Source: an uncultured Bordetella sp.
GTDB lineage: Bacteria; Pseudomonadota; Gammaproteobacteria; Burkholderiales; SG8-41
DNA: 64,000 nt
Direction of reading: 5' to 3'
NCBI GenBank assembly: GCA_964531455.1
Contig: CAZHFZ010000003.1
Location: 26,372-90,371, forward strand
The translations under genes were made by a program, and so were the position numbers. This document shows, piece by piece, positions 17,807 to 27,415 of the stretch. How positions within the stretch are numbered: the first letter of the stretch is position 1; every line of letters starts with the position of its first letter. A model generated the notes under the pieces. The model worked only from the letters and a program-made list of their open reading frames with translations, was not told where the DNA came from and made no database searches.

Positions 17807-17981
17807 CACTCCATCCGCTCCCACCAAACCCATCAAATTCTCAAGTTAAACCGACACGGCCGAGGTCGAATCCGTGCAGCCACCGGAATTCACGCTGTTC
17901 GCCAGATCAATACACATGTTGGTGATGGCCGACAAGAGACGGAGGCAAGGAGAACTGAAAAAAGCCCGCATCAAGCGGCCG

Positions 17982-18749
17982 CTAGTCCTTGAATCGCTCC
18001 AGTTTCGCTTTCCAGGTGTCAGACAGCAGGCAAGGAAGCCAGGCTTCATTCTCGGCCTGAATGCCCCCCGAAAGCATGGTTTCCTGCGAAGCATTCATGG
18101 CGATTTTTGCCTGAATTACCGCCATCCGGGGATTTTTCGAAATTGACTGCGCGAGCGTCAATGTTGATGACATCAAGTCAGCCCGGGAAACCACCTTGAG
18201 AACGATGCCCAGGCGTTCGGCTTCGGCCGCATCGACGTGCTTCCCGGTAAGGATCATCTCTTTCGCCTTCTGCAGGCCAATCGCACGCGGCAGGCGCTGC
18301 GTGCCGCCAGCGCCAGGCAAAAATCCAAGCGTGACCTCGGGTAGTCCGAATTTCGCATTGTCGGATGCAATGCGTAGGTCACATTGCAGCGCCACCTCAA
18401 GCCCCCCACCCAGACAATAACCGTTGATTGCAGCGATGGTCGGCTTGGCAATGTTGGCAATTGCATTGACCCATTTTCCGCGAAAAAAACGTCGTTCGTC
18501 ATACATTTCCTGCGTGCTTCTCTGGCCACGCTCCTTCAGATCCGCGCCGGCGCAAAACGCTTTGTCACCAGCGCCGGTGAAGACGATAACGCTCACCTCC
18601 GGATCCTCATCAAGATCATGAGCCAGGTGCATGATTTCTTCCCGCAACTGGATATTCAGCGCATTCATCACATGCGGCCGATTAAAGGTAACGACGGCGA
18701 CCCCGTCAACAATCTCTACTGTTTTTACATCCGTGGTTCTGGCTTTCAC
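17982..18749 (-). CDS. Enoyl-CoA hydratase/isomerase (crotonase) family protein
   Basis: VVTFNRPHVMNALN, FCAGADLKE, NGYCLGGGLEVALQCDLRIA motifs. GTG 18749 with AGGGGA RBS avoids a 46-nt overlap with the amidase (longest ORF reaches 18812). Confidence 0.85.
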   Translation of the reverse strand: MKARTTDVKTVEIVDGVAVVTFNRPHVMNALNIQLREEIMHLAHDLDEDPEVSVIVFTGAGDKAFCAGADLKERGQRSTQEMYDERRFFRGKWVNAIANIAKPTIAAINGYCLGGGLEVALQCDLRIASDNAKFGLPEVTLGFLPGAGGTQRLPRAIGLQKAKEMILTGKHVDAAEAERLGIVLKVVSRADLMSSTLTLAQSISKNPRMAVIQAKIAMNASQETMLSGGIQAENEAWLPCLLSDTWKAKLERFKD

Positions 18750-18766
18750 AAAATTCCCCTGAAAAA

Positions 18767-20128
18767 TCAAATGTCCGTGAATTCCCGCATGACCCAATGG
18801 GCTGTTGAACAAAGATCACCATCCCGGTCGCCCAAGCCCAGTAATTGCAATCCGAAAGGCAAGCCTTGTGACTCCAGCAGAGGCAAGGAAAACGAAGGGA
18901 AGCCAAGCCATGATCCGTACACGACAAAAGTGCGGCTTCCGCTGTATTCGAAACCGGTGATTGCAGGCCCCGACGATGCCAGTGTCACATAACAATCAGC
19001 ACCAAGATCAGACAGTAGTTGCCGGCAATGTTGCTGAATGGCGCGACGCTTTTCGAGCAGGCTCCGGTAATCCGCCGCCGTCATCTCCCCTGCACGCTTT
19101 ATCAACCCGTGTATCCGTTTGCCGATCAGGTCACCAAAACGCGTCAGGTATTCCTCGAACGGCCACTTCATTTCATAAGCAACTATGTCTAGTGCGCCGT
19201 CGACATCCCGCTCCAATGCATCCTCGAATGCGGCGATGCGCGGATCATCAGCCTTGCCGACAACTTCGACACCGGCCTTCTGCAGCGCACGGACCGCTGA
19301 TTCGAATGCTTCGGTGGTCTCTTGATCGATCTCGTTCCATCCCCTTGTATACAGCCTGACCAGCTTGCGTGGCTTGGCCGCAGCGGGTGGCATATCAGAG
19401 GCGCCCTGTAGAAAGCCGTAACCCGGACTGCCCATTCTCAACGAGATCTGGGACGCGATGCGCCATGTATCGCCCAGCGTGGCGCCGATGATGCCCAGGT
19501 GATCGCTGGTCGCCGACAAGGGATGTATGCCAGCCATCGGCAACGCGCCGAGCGTCGGCTTGAAACCCACCGCGCCGCAGTATGAAGCCGGACGCAGCGT
19601 GGAACCCTGGGTTTGCGTGCCCAGCGCCACTGGAAGCATGCCGGCCCCCACAGCGGCGGCTGATCCACTCGACGAACCACCAGGCGTCCGCGTCACGTCA
19701 AACGGATTGGTTGTCGGTCCCGAAAAACCCACCGCGAACTCGGTTGTCACCGTTTTGCCGAAAATGATCGCTCCGCCTTCGCGCAGTGCATGGACGCAGG
19801 CCGCGTCCTGCTGCGACTGCCAGCCCTTGAATGCCGGACTGCCCATCTGCGTCGGCAAGTCACGGGTGGACATGATGTCCTTGATGCCCACCGGGCACCC
19901 GTCCACCGATGACAGGGGTTGACCAGCCTGATAACGGCGCGTTGAAGCGTCAGCGGCCTTGCGGGCCGCATCAAAATCCAGGGTGACAAAGGCCTGAAGC
20001 TGCGCCTCGCGTTTTTCGACTTGGGCAATACATTGCTCCAGAAAATCGCGCGGCGTCTGACGTCCGTTCCTGAAATCCGCAATGACTTCTGAAAAAGAAA
20101 CGATATGCGGATTACGCCATGCCTTCAT
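18767..20128 (-). CDS. Amidase-signature family amidase (GatA-like)
   Basis: GGSSSGSAAAVGAGMLPVALGTQTQGSTLRPASYCG amidase signature. 453 aa. Confidence 0.88.
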   Translation of the reverse strand: MKAWRNPHIVSFSEVIADFRNGRQTPRDFLEQCIAQVEKREAQLQAFVTLDFDAARKAADASTRRYQAGQPLSSVDGCPVGIKDIMSTRDLPTQMGSPAFKGWQSQQDAACVHALREGGAIIFGKTVTTEFAVGFSGPTTNPFDVTRTPGGSSSGSAAAVGAGMLPVALGTQTQGSTLRPASYCGAVGFKPTLGALPMAGIHPLSATSDHLGIIGATLGDTWRIASQISLRMGSPGYGFLQGASDMPPAAAKPRKLVRLYTRGWNEIDQETTEAFESAVRALQKAGVEVVGKADDPRIAAFEDALERDVDGALDIVAYEMKWPFEEYLTRFGDLIGKRIHGLIKRAGEMTAADYRSLLEKRRAIQQHCRQLLSDLGADCYVTLASSGPAITGFEYSGSRTFVVYGSWLGFPSFSLPLLESQGLPFGLQLLGLGDRDGDLCSTAHWVMREFTDI

Positions 20129-20289
20129 CTTTTTAGTTCCCCGGTCAAAACAGCTGGTGTGCGGAAAGTGCTTTGTTATACTTAAATCGGCATCCGTAGT
20201 TTGGACCCATTACCGCAATCCCAGTACTGCATGTGCAGCATCCGAAATCAATCGCTCGATTTTACCCGAGCTCAAGAGGAACATCCGGC

Positions 20290-21255
20290 ATGAGAACAAT
20301 CGGCAGGCTCTTCATCATTCCCTTACTCGCGTTTGCCAGCGCTGCATCATTCGCGCAGACCTACCCGACCAAAGCCGTGCGCCTGATTGTCCCGTTCCCG
20401 CCCGGTGGCAGCACCGACCTGGTTGCGCGCGTCATCGGACAGAAAATGGCCGATTCCTGGGGAAAACAGGTAGTGATTGACAACCGTCCCGGTGCCAACG
20501 GCATGATCGGTTCAGACATTGTCGCCAAAGCCAATCCGGACGGTTACAGCATCGTGCTCGGCACCATCGGCCCGATGGCCATCAATGCGAGCCTCTACAA
20601 GATGCCTTATGACATCATCAAGGACCTCGCGCCGATCAGCTACACGGCGAACATTGCAAATGTGCTGGTGGTAAACCCGACACTTGCCGCGAAAGATGTC
20701 CGCGAAATGATCGCCCTCGCCAGAACCCGCCCCGGACAACTGACCTTTGGCTCCAGCGGCACCGGTGGCGCCCCGCACATGGCCGTCGAGCTGTTCAAGT
20801 TGCTGGCCAAAGTCAACATTGTTCATGTGCCCTACAAGGGCGGTGGCCCCGCCATGGCCGATCTGGTCAGCGGCCAGATCTCCGGCAGCTTCGCAAGCAT
20901 GCCTTCGGCAATTGGCTTCATAAAATCCGGAAAGTTGCGCGCGCTTGGGGTCAGCGGCAGCAAACGTTCGCCGGCCTTGCCAGAGGTGCCTACCGTGTCC
21001 GAAGCCGGTGTCAGCGGATTTTCCGTACTCGACTGGCAAGGCCTGTTCACCACGGCGAAAACACCGCCGGAAATCGTCAACAAACTCAATTCTGAAACCG
21101 TACGCATCCTGGCATTGCCGGATGTGGTTGACCGACTCACTGCGGCCGGCGTTGATATTCAGACAACCACGCCCAAGGCCTGGGGCGATTTCGTTGCTGC
21201 TGAAATTTCCAAATGGGGAAAAGTGGTCAAGGAAGCTGGCGTCAAGGTTGAATGA
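20290..21255 (+). CDS. Bug/TctC-family periplasmic binding protein
   Basis: ATG 20290 after AGAGGA. Signal peptide. YPTKAVRLIVPFPPGGSTDLVAR. Confidence 0.9.
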   Translation: MRTIGRLFIIPLLAFASAASFAQTYPTKAVRLIVPFPPGGSTDLVARVIGQKMADSWGKQVVIDNRPGANGMIGSDIVAKANPDGYSIVLGTIGPMAINASLYKMPYDIIKDLAPISYTANIANVLVVNPTLAAKDVREMIALARTRPGQLTFGSSGTGGAPHMAVELFKLLAKVNIVHVPYKGGGPAMADLVSGQISGSFASMPSAIGFIKSGKLRALGVSGSKRSPALPEVPTVSEAGVSGFSVLDWQGLFTTAKTPPEIVNKLNSETVRILALPDVVDRLTAAGVDIQTTTPKAWGDFVAAEISKWGKVVKEAGVKVE

Positions 21256-21382
21256 GGCCTCGTGGCAAGACCAGTTTTTCAAAATAAATACTTGATTTTA
21301 TTGATGTATTTTTTTATTGCGCAGCTACGCATTTAGCAATGGCAGCCAAAACAATAAAAACCGAATAATCAGGAGGATTGCA

Positions 21383-22378
21383 ATGATTGAAGGACAGCAA
21401 CACTTCAAAACATACCTTGCCCGCGCACTGCTGGCTGCAACGGTGCTGATGGCAACTACAGGCAGTGCTCACGCCGCGGAGACATTTCCAAACCGGCCCG
21501 TACGTTTCATTGTCACCTTCCCGCCAGGCGGCGGGCTTGACTTAATGTCTCGCATCGTCGGCAGAACCCTCACTGACACCTGGGGACAACAGGTCATCAT
21601 CGATAACCGCATCGGCGCAGGCGGTACCATAGGCACAGCACTGGCGGCCAAGGCTGCGCCGAATGGCTACACCCTGCTTTTTGTATCGTCATCACACGCC
21701 ATCAATCCGGCGGTCTACCGCAAACTGCCTTACGACACCGAAAAAGAGTTCGTCCCGATCACCTTGACGACGCTCGCGCCGCACCTGCTGGTAGTGCATC
21801 CGTCTTTTCCGGCCAATACACTGAAGGAACTCATTGCACTGGCCAAGGCCAAGCCGGGCACGATTGCCTATGTCTCCGGCGGAGTCGGTTCGTCAACGCA
21901 TCTGGCAGGGGAATTGCTGAAGTCGATGGCTGGCATTGATCTGCTGCACGTGCCGACCAAAGGCACCGGTCCGGCCGTTACGGAAATACTGTCCGGCCGA
22001 ATCCCCATTACGATTGCCACAGTTCCATCGGTTCTGAATCACGTCAAAGCCGGAAAACTGCGCGCGCTGGGCCTGACTTCGACACGGCGCTCTGCCAGCG
22101 CCCCGGAGTATCTGCCGATCGCCGATCAGGGCGTCACCGGCTACGAGGCTGCAAGCTGGCATGGCGCCCTCGCACCACGCGGGTTGCCGGAGAATCTGCT
22201 CAAGCAATTGAACCGCGACATCAACGCCGCGCTGCTCCAGGATGCCAACAAGGATCGCCTGCTGCGCGAAGGGCTCGAAGTTGTGGGCAGTACGCCGCAG
22301 CAGTTCGCGACGCAGATCAGCACCGAGATCAAACGCTGGAAAAAAGTCGTTGAAACTGCGGGAATTCCAGTCGAGTAA
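21383..22378 (+). CDS. Bug/TctC-family periplasmic binding protein
   Basis: ATG 21383 after AGGAGG. Signal peptide ...SAHA. FPNRPVRFIVTFPPGGGLDLMSR. Confidence 0.9.
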   Translation: MIEGQQHFKTYLARALLAATVLMATTGSAHAAETFPNRPVRFIVTFPPGGGLDLMSRIVGRTLTDTWGQQVIIDNRIGAGGTIGTALAAKAAPNGYTLLFVSSSHAINPAVYRKLPYDTEKEFVPITLTTLAPHLLVVHPSFPANTLKELIALAKAKPGTIAYVSGGVGSSTHLAGELLKSMAGIDLLHVPTKGTGPAVTEILSGRIPITIATVPSVLNHVKAGKLRALGLTSTRRSASAPEYLPIADQGVTGYEAASWHGALAPRGLPENLLKQLNRDINAALLQDANKDRLLREGLEVVGSTPQQFATQISTEIKRWKKVVETAGIPVE

Positions 22379-22527
22379 TCCTGCCAAGTTTTTCTGCCGG
22401 GCCAGTCAGGCAGTACAGCCGCGATGGAGCCAGCGCAGGCGGCTTTTGATGGGATGCCGGGTGCTGGCACCAATATTGCTAAATCACGGGGGAACTATCC
22501 CGTGAATTAACTACTGGTATCCCATCG

Positions 22528-23502
22528 ATGAAACCATCTGCTCGCGCTTCCTGCATCCCCTTGCTGGCCGCAGCCATGCTGTGTGCGGTGCCAGCTCATG
22601 CCCAGACCTACCCCGCAAAACAGGTACGCATGATCGTACCGTTTCCACCTGGAGGCATTTCAGACACTCTGGCCCGTGTAACCGCTCAGCAATTGAGTGA
22701 GTCGCTATCCCAGCAGTTCGTCGTGGACAACCGGCCTGGCGCCGGTACCACACTCGCAGCGGACATCGTTTCAAAAGCACCGCCTGACGGGTATACGCTC
22801 TACTTTACCGACGTGACAACCCACGCGATCAACGCCTCGCTGTATTCAAAATTACCGTTTGATCCGGTGAAAGACTTCACTGCCATCTCCCTGGTCGCGC
22901 AAACCCCGTTGGTGCTGGTTGTTCACCCGTCGATGCCGGTGAAGTCGGTAGGCGATCTGATTGCACTGGCCAAATCGAAGCCCGATGCCATCGTCTATGC
23001 GTCATCCGGCAACGGCACCATCATTCATCTTGCAATGGAAGCCATACGCGCCCAGGCTGGCATCAAAATGGTGCACGCGCCCTATAAAGGGAGTGCGCCT
23101 GCGGCAGCCTCCGTCCTTAGCGGCGAGACTGCGGCCTCCTACACTACAACGCCCGCAGCGCTGCCCTATACAAAAACCGGCCGTTTGCGGGCGATTGGTG
23201 TCAGCAGCGCCAAACGCTCACCCATCCTGCCCGATGTGCCGGCGATTGGCGAAACCTTGAAGGGATACGACATTATTCTTTACAGCGGCCTGTTCGCACC
23301 GGCCGGCCTTGCACAGGGCATCACCACCAGACTCAACACCGAGGTTGGAAACATGCTCAAACTGCCGAAGGTGCAGGAACAGTGGGCCCGTTACGGCGCA
23401 GCGCCGGTAAGCATGACGCCCGCACAAGTCACTGAACACGTGAGGTCCGAGATCAGCAAATTCGCGGTCGTGGTGAAAGCCTCCGGCGCGCGTATCGATT
23501 GA
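22528..23502 (+). CDS. Bug/TctC-family periplasmic binding protein
   Basis: Signal peptide ...PAHA. YPAKQVRMIVPFPPGGISDTLAR. Confidence 0.9.
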   Translation: MKPSARASCIPLLAAAMLCAVPAHAQTYPAKQVRMIVPFPPGGISDTLARVTAQQLSESLSQQFVVDNRPGAGTTLAADIVSKAPPDGYTLYFTDVTTHAINASLYSKLPFDPVKDFTAISLVAQTPLVLVVHPSMPVKSVGDLIALAKSKPDAIVYASSGNGTIIHLAMEAIRAQAGIKMVHAPYKGSAPAAASVLSGETAASYTTTPAALPYTKTGRLRAIGVSSAKRSPILPDVPAIGETLKGYDIILYSGLFAPAGLAQGITTRLNTEVGNMLKLPKVQEQWARYGAAPVSMTPAQVTEHVRSEISKFAVVVKASGARID

Positions 23503-23506
23503 TTGC

Positions 23507-23528
23507 AGGCGGCACATTCGTGCCGCCT
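23507..23528. terminator. Hairpin between convergent genes (possible bidirectional terminator)
   Basis: Stem AGGCGGCAC/GTGCCGCCT (9 bp), ATTC loop. Sits between stops at 23502 (+) and 23534 (-). Confidence 0.45.
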
Positions 23529-23533
23529 CTACT

Positions 23534-25168
23534 TCATACCGTTTCCGGCACCATCTCGATCGCGCCGCAAGGGCATTCCGCTGCACAGACGCCACAGCCC
23601 TTGCAGTAGTCGTAGTTGAACTGGAAACGCTTGCCGGCACCGAGCTTGATCACGGCATTGTCAGGACAGACGCCGTAACAGTTGTCGCATTCGAAACAGT
23701 TTCCGCAACTCAGGCAGCGCCGTGCTTCGAACAAGGCATTGTCCTCCGTCAAGCCGCCCTGCACTTCGTCGAAGCTGCTGGTCCTGCGGGCAATTTCCAG
23801 TTGCGGCCGCACCGTCTTCGGTGCGTCGCTGTAATACCAGGTATTGATGCGCTCAAAACTTGCCGGCGCGTGTTTCGAGGCAAGCACCGGCACCACACCG
23901 CGCAGCCACGCGTCGATATGCCGCGCCGCTTTTTTGCCATGTCCCACTGCAACGGTCACATTGCGTTCCGCCGGCACCATGTCGCCGCCCGCAAAAAGCC
24001 CGGCATGTCCGGTCATCAACGTTGCCGGATCAACCTGCACCACGCCATCCTTGATTTCCAGCCCGGGCACGCCTTCAAGCAGCGACAGATCGACATCCTG
24101 TCCCAAAGCCAGAACCAGCGAGTCAGCCTCCAGCGTTTCGAGCTCACCGGTGGGTTGCGGATTGCCCTTTTCATCAAGAACCATTTTTTCGATGGTCAAT
24201 GCACCTTCATTCGCCTGACGGATGGTCGACAGCCATTTCACCATCACGCCCTCCTGCAGCGCTTCCTCCACCTCAAAATCATGTGCGGGCATGCGTTCAC
24301 GGGTGCGGCGGTAAACAATGATGGCCTCAGTCGCACCCAGGCGTTTTGCCGTTCGCGCGACGTCAATAGCCGTATTTCCTCCGCCGTAAACCACTACCCG
24401 GCGGCCAAGCATCGGCTTGTCTTCGCCCTCCATTGACCGCAACACCGCAACGGCGTCAAGGATGCGCGAAGAATCCTTGGCCGGTATATACGCCCGTTTG
24501 GCGATATGCGCACCGACTGCAAGAAAAGTCGCGTCAAATACGCCTTCACGCATGGCATCAAGGATATTGGCGACACGGGCATTCAATTCAACTTTCACGC
24601 CCATCGCCATCACACGCTTCATTTCAGCTTCCAGCACATCCCGCGGCAGCCGGTATTTCGGGATCCCGAAACGCATCATGCCGCCGAGCAGCGGGCCGGC
24701 CTCTTTCACTGTGACTCGATGCCCTAACCGGCGCAGATGGTAAGCCGCTGACATGCCCGACGGCCCCGCCCCCACCACCAGCACATGTTTTCCGGATTCT
24801 TTTTCGGGTGGCTTGAACTGCCAGCCGCGCTTCAGGGCCTCATCGCCGAGAAAACGTTCCACCGAATTGATTCCGACGGCCGCATCAATCTTGCCGCGAT
24901 TGCAGGCACCCTCGCAGCTGTGATAACAGACGCGCCCCATGATTGCCGGAAACGGATTGTCACGGGTCAGGTGATGCCAGGCGGCCTCGTAGTCACCACT
25001 TTCCGCCTGGAACAGCCAGCCCTGAATGTCCTCACCGGCTGGGCACTGCGCATTGCACGGTGGCAGCCGATCCACATACACCGGGCGTTCGGTGCGCCAG
25101 GTTCCGGTCTTGTTGGCCAGTGACGATCCAGGATCCAGGGTAATCGCAAACGGTTTCTGCATGGTCAT
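23534..25168 (-). CDS. GltD-like NAD(P)H flavoprotein fused to a 2x[4Fe-4S] ferredoxin (delta-subunit-like) of a 2-oxoacid oxidoreductase
   Basis: N-terminal Cys cluster. VLVVGAGPSGMSAAYHL and VVYGGGNTAIDVAR dinucleotide folds as in the glutamate synthase small chain. C-terminal CLSCGNCFECDNC...CKGCGVCAAECPCG. ATGA overlap with the beta subunit. Confidence 0.8.
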   Translation of the reverse strand: MTMQKPFAITLDPGSSLANKTGTWRTERPVYVDRLPPCNAQCPAGEDIQGWLFQAESGDYEAAWHHLTRDNPFPAIMGRVCYHSCEGACNRGKIDAAVGINSVERFLGDEALKRGWQFKPPEKESGKHVLVVGAGPSGMSAAYHLRRLGHRVTVKEAGPLLGGMMRFGIPKYRLPRDVLEAEMKRVMAMGVKVELNARVANILDAMREGVFDATFLAVGAHIAKRAYIPAKDSSRILDAVAVLRSMEGEDKPMLGRRVVVYGGGNTAIDVARTAKRLGATEAIIVYRRTRERMPAHDFEVEEALQEGVMVKWLSTIRQANEGALTIEKMVLDEKGNPQPTGELETLEADSLVLALGQDVDLSLLEGVPGLEIKDGVVQVDPATLMTGHAGLFAGGDMVPAERNVTVAVGHGKKAARHIDAWLRGVVPVLASKHAPASFERINTWYYSDAPKTVRPQLEIARRTSSFDEVQGGLTEDNALFEARRCLSCGNCFECDNCYGVCPDNAVIKLGAGKRFQFNYDYCKGCGVCAAECPCGAIEMVPETV

Positions 25169-26160
25169 TGCGCGTCCTCCAGCAATCCGAAACGCCTGAT
25201 ATTGCGATCAGCCTTCGCCTGTATTAATTCCAGTACATGCGGATTTGCTTTGGCAGCAAAAACATGGGCAAAGCGTTTTTGCGGCCGCAAGTATTCTTCA
25301 ACCGGCACACGGTGACGGATTTTGGTGACTGCGGTAACTTCGCCGCGCTCGGCCTCGAACACCGGGAACAGCCCGGTTTCCCGGGCCAGACGCGCCAGTT
25401 TGATCGTGTCCTGGCTCGCCGCACCCCAACCCAGAGGACAGGGCACCAGAATGTGCAGGTAACGCGCACCGTGCATGGTCATTGCCCGCTCGACCTTGGC
25501 TTCGAGATCGCGCAAATCCGCAACAGTGGCTGTGGCAACGTAGGGAATTTCATGCGCCATGGCAATCAGCGGCACGTTTTTTCCCTGACCGAACAGCGCA
25601 CCCGGGTCCGTGCCGACCGCCATGGTCGTTGCAGTACGCGCGGCCGGCGGTGTCGCCGAACTGCGCTGGACACCCGTGTTCATATAGGCCTCGTTGTCGT
25701 AACAAATGTAAAGCACGTCATCGTTACGCTCGAACATGCCCGACAGACAGCCGAATCCGATGTCTGTCGTACCACCATCACCGCCCTGCGCAATCACCCT
25801 GACGTCGTGACGTCCCTTGACCTTCATCGCGGCTGCAATTCCGGTACCCACTGCGGCGGCGTTGCCAAACAGCGAATGAATCCACGGCAGCTGCCATGAG
25901 GTTTCGGGATATGGTGTTGAAAACACCTCCAGACAACCCGTCGCATTGGCGGCGATCAACTGGCCTTTGGTCGCGCGCATCGCCGCGTCAACGGCATATC
26001 GGGCACCCAGCGCCTCCCCGCATCCTTGGCAGGCACGGTGCCCGGAGTTCAGCGAATTGCTGCGTTCCAGCGAGGACTGAACGCTGCGTTGCTCCGGCGA
26101 CAACAGGCGATTGCCGACAGTAAAAGTGCCGGTCTGGTAAAACTTGATGGGGGCAGTCAT
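25165..26160 (-). CDS. 2-oxoacid:ferredoxin oxidoreductase beta subunit (TPP-binding)
   Basis: CQGCGE, GGDGGTTDIGF (TPP/Mg motif). Start ATG 26160 lies 1 nt after the alpha stop (longest ORF reaches 26196). Confidence 0.85.
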   Translation of the reverse strand: MTAPIKFYQTGTFTVGNRLLSPEQRSVQSSLERSNSLNSGHRACQGCGEALGARYAVDAAMRATKGQLIAANATGCLEVFSTPYPETSWQLPWIHSLFGNAAAVGTGIAAAMKVKGRHDVRVIAQGGDGGTTDIGFGCLSGMFERNDDVLYICYDNEAYMNTGVQRSSATPPAARTATTMAVGTDPGALFGQGKNVPLIAMAHEIPYVATATVADLRDLEAKVERAMTMHGARYLHILVPCPLGWGAASQDTIKLARLARETGLFPVFEAERGEVTAVTKIRHRVPVEEYLRPQKRFAHVFAAKANPHVLELIQAKADRNIRRFGLLEDAQ

Positions 26161-26161
26161 G

Positions 26162-27415
26162 TCAGTGCACCTTGGAAGCGACGGTACCGACATCACGCAG
26201 CAGATTCTCGGCGATCGGTCCGCTGCGCCGCGTTGCGGCCTCCCGCTCCAGTTGCCGGTTGACGATGCGCCAATCGAGATCCATGAAAGTCAGCGGCTGC
26301 AGTTTGTCGGCGATGGCATCGCGCAAGGTCCGGACCAACGAAGCTTTGGTAATGGCGCGACCGCCGAGTCCTGCAACGACGGTGTAACCATGCAAATGCA
26401 GACCTGACAGTGCCAGCCGCACATCTGTGGATACCACTCCGCCCAGACCAACGGAAAAACTTTTCTCCAGAACAACTACGCGCTTGGCCCCCTGCAATAC
26501 GCCACGAACCGCAGCCAGTGGAAACGGCCGGAAGGAATGGATACCCATCACACCGACTTTCTGCCCGTCGTTGCGCAACTCATCCACGGTATCCTTCAGC
26601 GTACCCAGCACTGATCCCAGTGCGACCACGATGGTCTCAGCATCCTCACAGCGGTAGCCGCGCACCAGCCCCCCCGAATTACGACCAAAACGCTGGGCAA
26701 ATTCAGCAGCAATCTCCGGTATGCGCTCCAGCGCCATCGTCTGTTTGGCATGCGCCAGATAACGCACTTCCATGAAGGCTTCGGGACCCACCATGGCACC
26801 GATGGAAACCGGATCTGCGGGATCCAGCACTTGACGCGGCTCATATACCGGCAAAAATGCATCCACTTCAGCCTGTGCCGGCATGTCAACACGTTCGTAG
26901 GCATGGGTCAGGATGAAACCATCCATGCAGACCATCACCGGCATCGACAACTCCTCACCGAGTTTGAACGCCTGAATATGCAAATCAAGCGCCTCCTGAT
27001 TGCTCTCGGCAAACAGCTGAATCCAGCCGCAGTCGCGCTGACTCATTGAGTCGCTGTGGTCGTTCCAGATATTGATCGGCGCGCCGATGGCCCGATTGGC
27101 CACGGTCATCACGATGGGCAAACCGAGGCCCGATGCGTTGTAGATGGCCTCGGCCATGAACAGCAAACCCTGACTCGCCGTTGCGGTGTAGCTGCGCGCA
27201 CCGGCAGCCGAAGCGCCGATCGCCACGCTCATCGCGGAAAATTCGCTTTCGACATTGATGAACTCGCAGGGATTGAGTTCACCGCTTTTCACCAGTTCAC
27301 CGAGCCCTTCGACAATATGAGTCTGAGGGGAAATCGGATAAGCGCAGATCACTTCGGGCCGGCATAACGCAACAGCCTCGGCCACGGCGCGCGAGCCTTC
27401 AATCTGCTTTTGCAT
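26162..27415 (-). CDS. 2-oxoacid:ferredoxin oxidoreductase alpha subunit
   Basis: GSRAVAEAVALCRPEVICAYPISPQTHIVE N-terminus typical of PorA/KorA. 417 aa. Confidence 0.85.
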   Translation of the reverse strand: MQKQIEGSRAVAEAVALCRPEVICAYPISPQTHIVEGLGELVKSGELNPCEFINVESEFSAMSVAIGASAAGARSYTATASQGLLFMAEAIYNASGLGLPIVMTVANRAIGAPINIWNDHSDSMSQRDCGWIQLFAESNQEALDLHIQAFKLGEELSMPVMVCMDGFILTHAYERVDMPAQAEVDAFLPVYEPRQVLDPADPVSIGAMVGPEAFMEVRYLAHAKQTMALERIPEIAAEFAQRFGRNSGGLVRGYRCEDAETIVVALGSVLGTLKDTVDELRNDGQKVGVMGIHSFRPFPLAAVRGVLQGAKRVVVLEKSFSVGLGGVVSTDVRLALSGLHLHGYTVVAGLGGRAITKASLVRTLRDAIADKLQPLTFMDLDWRIVNRQLEREAATRRSGPIAENLLRDVGTVASKVH

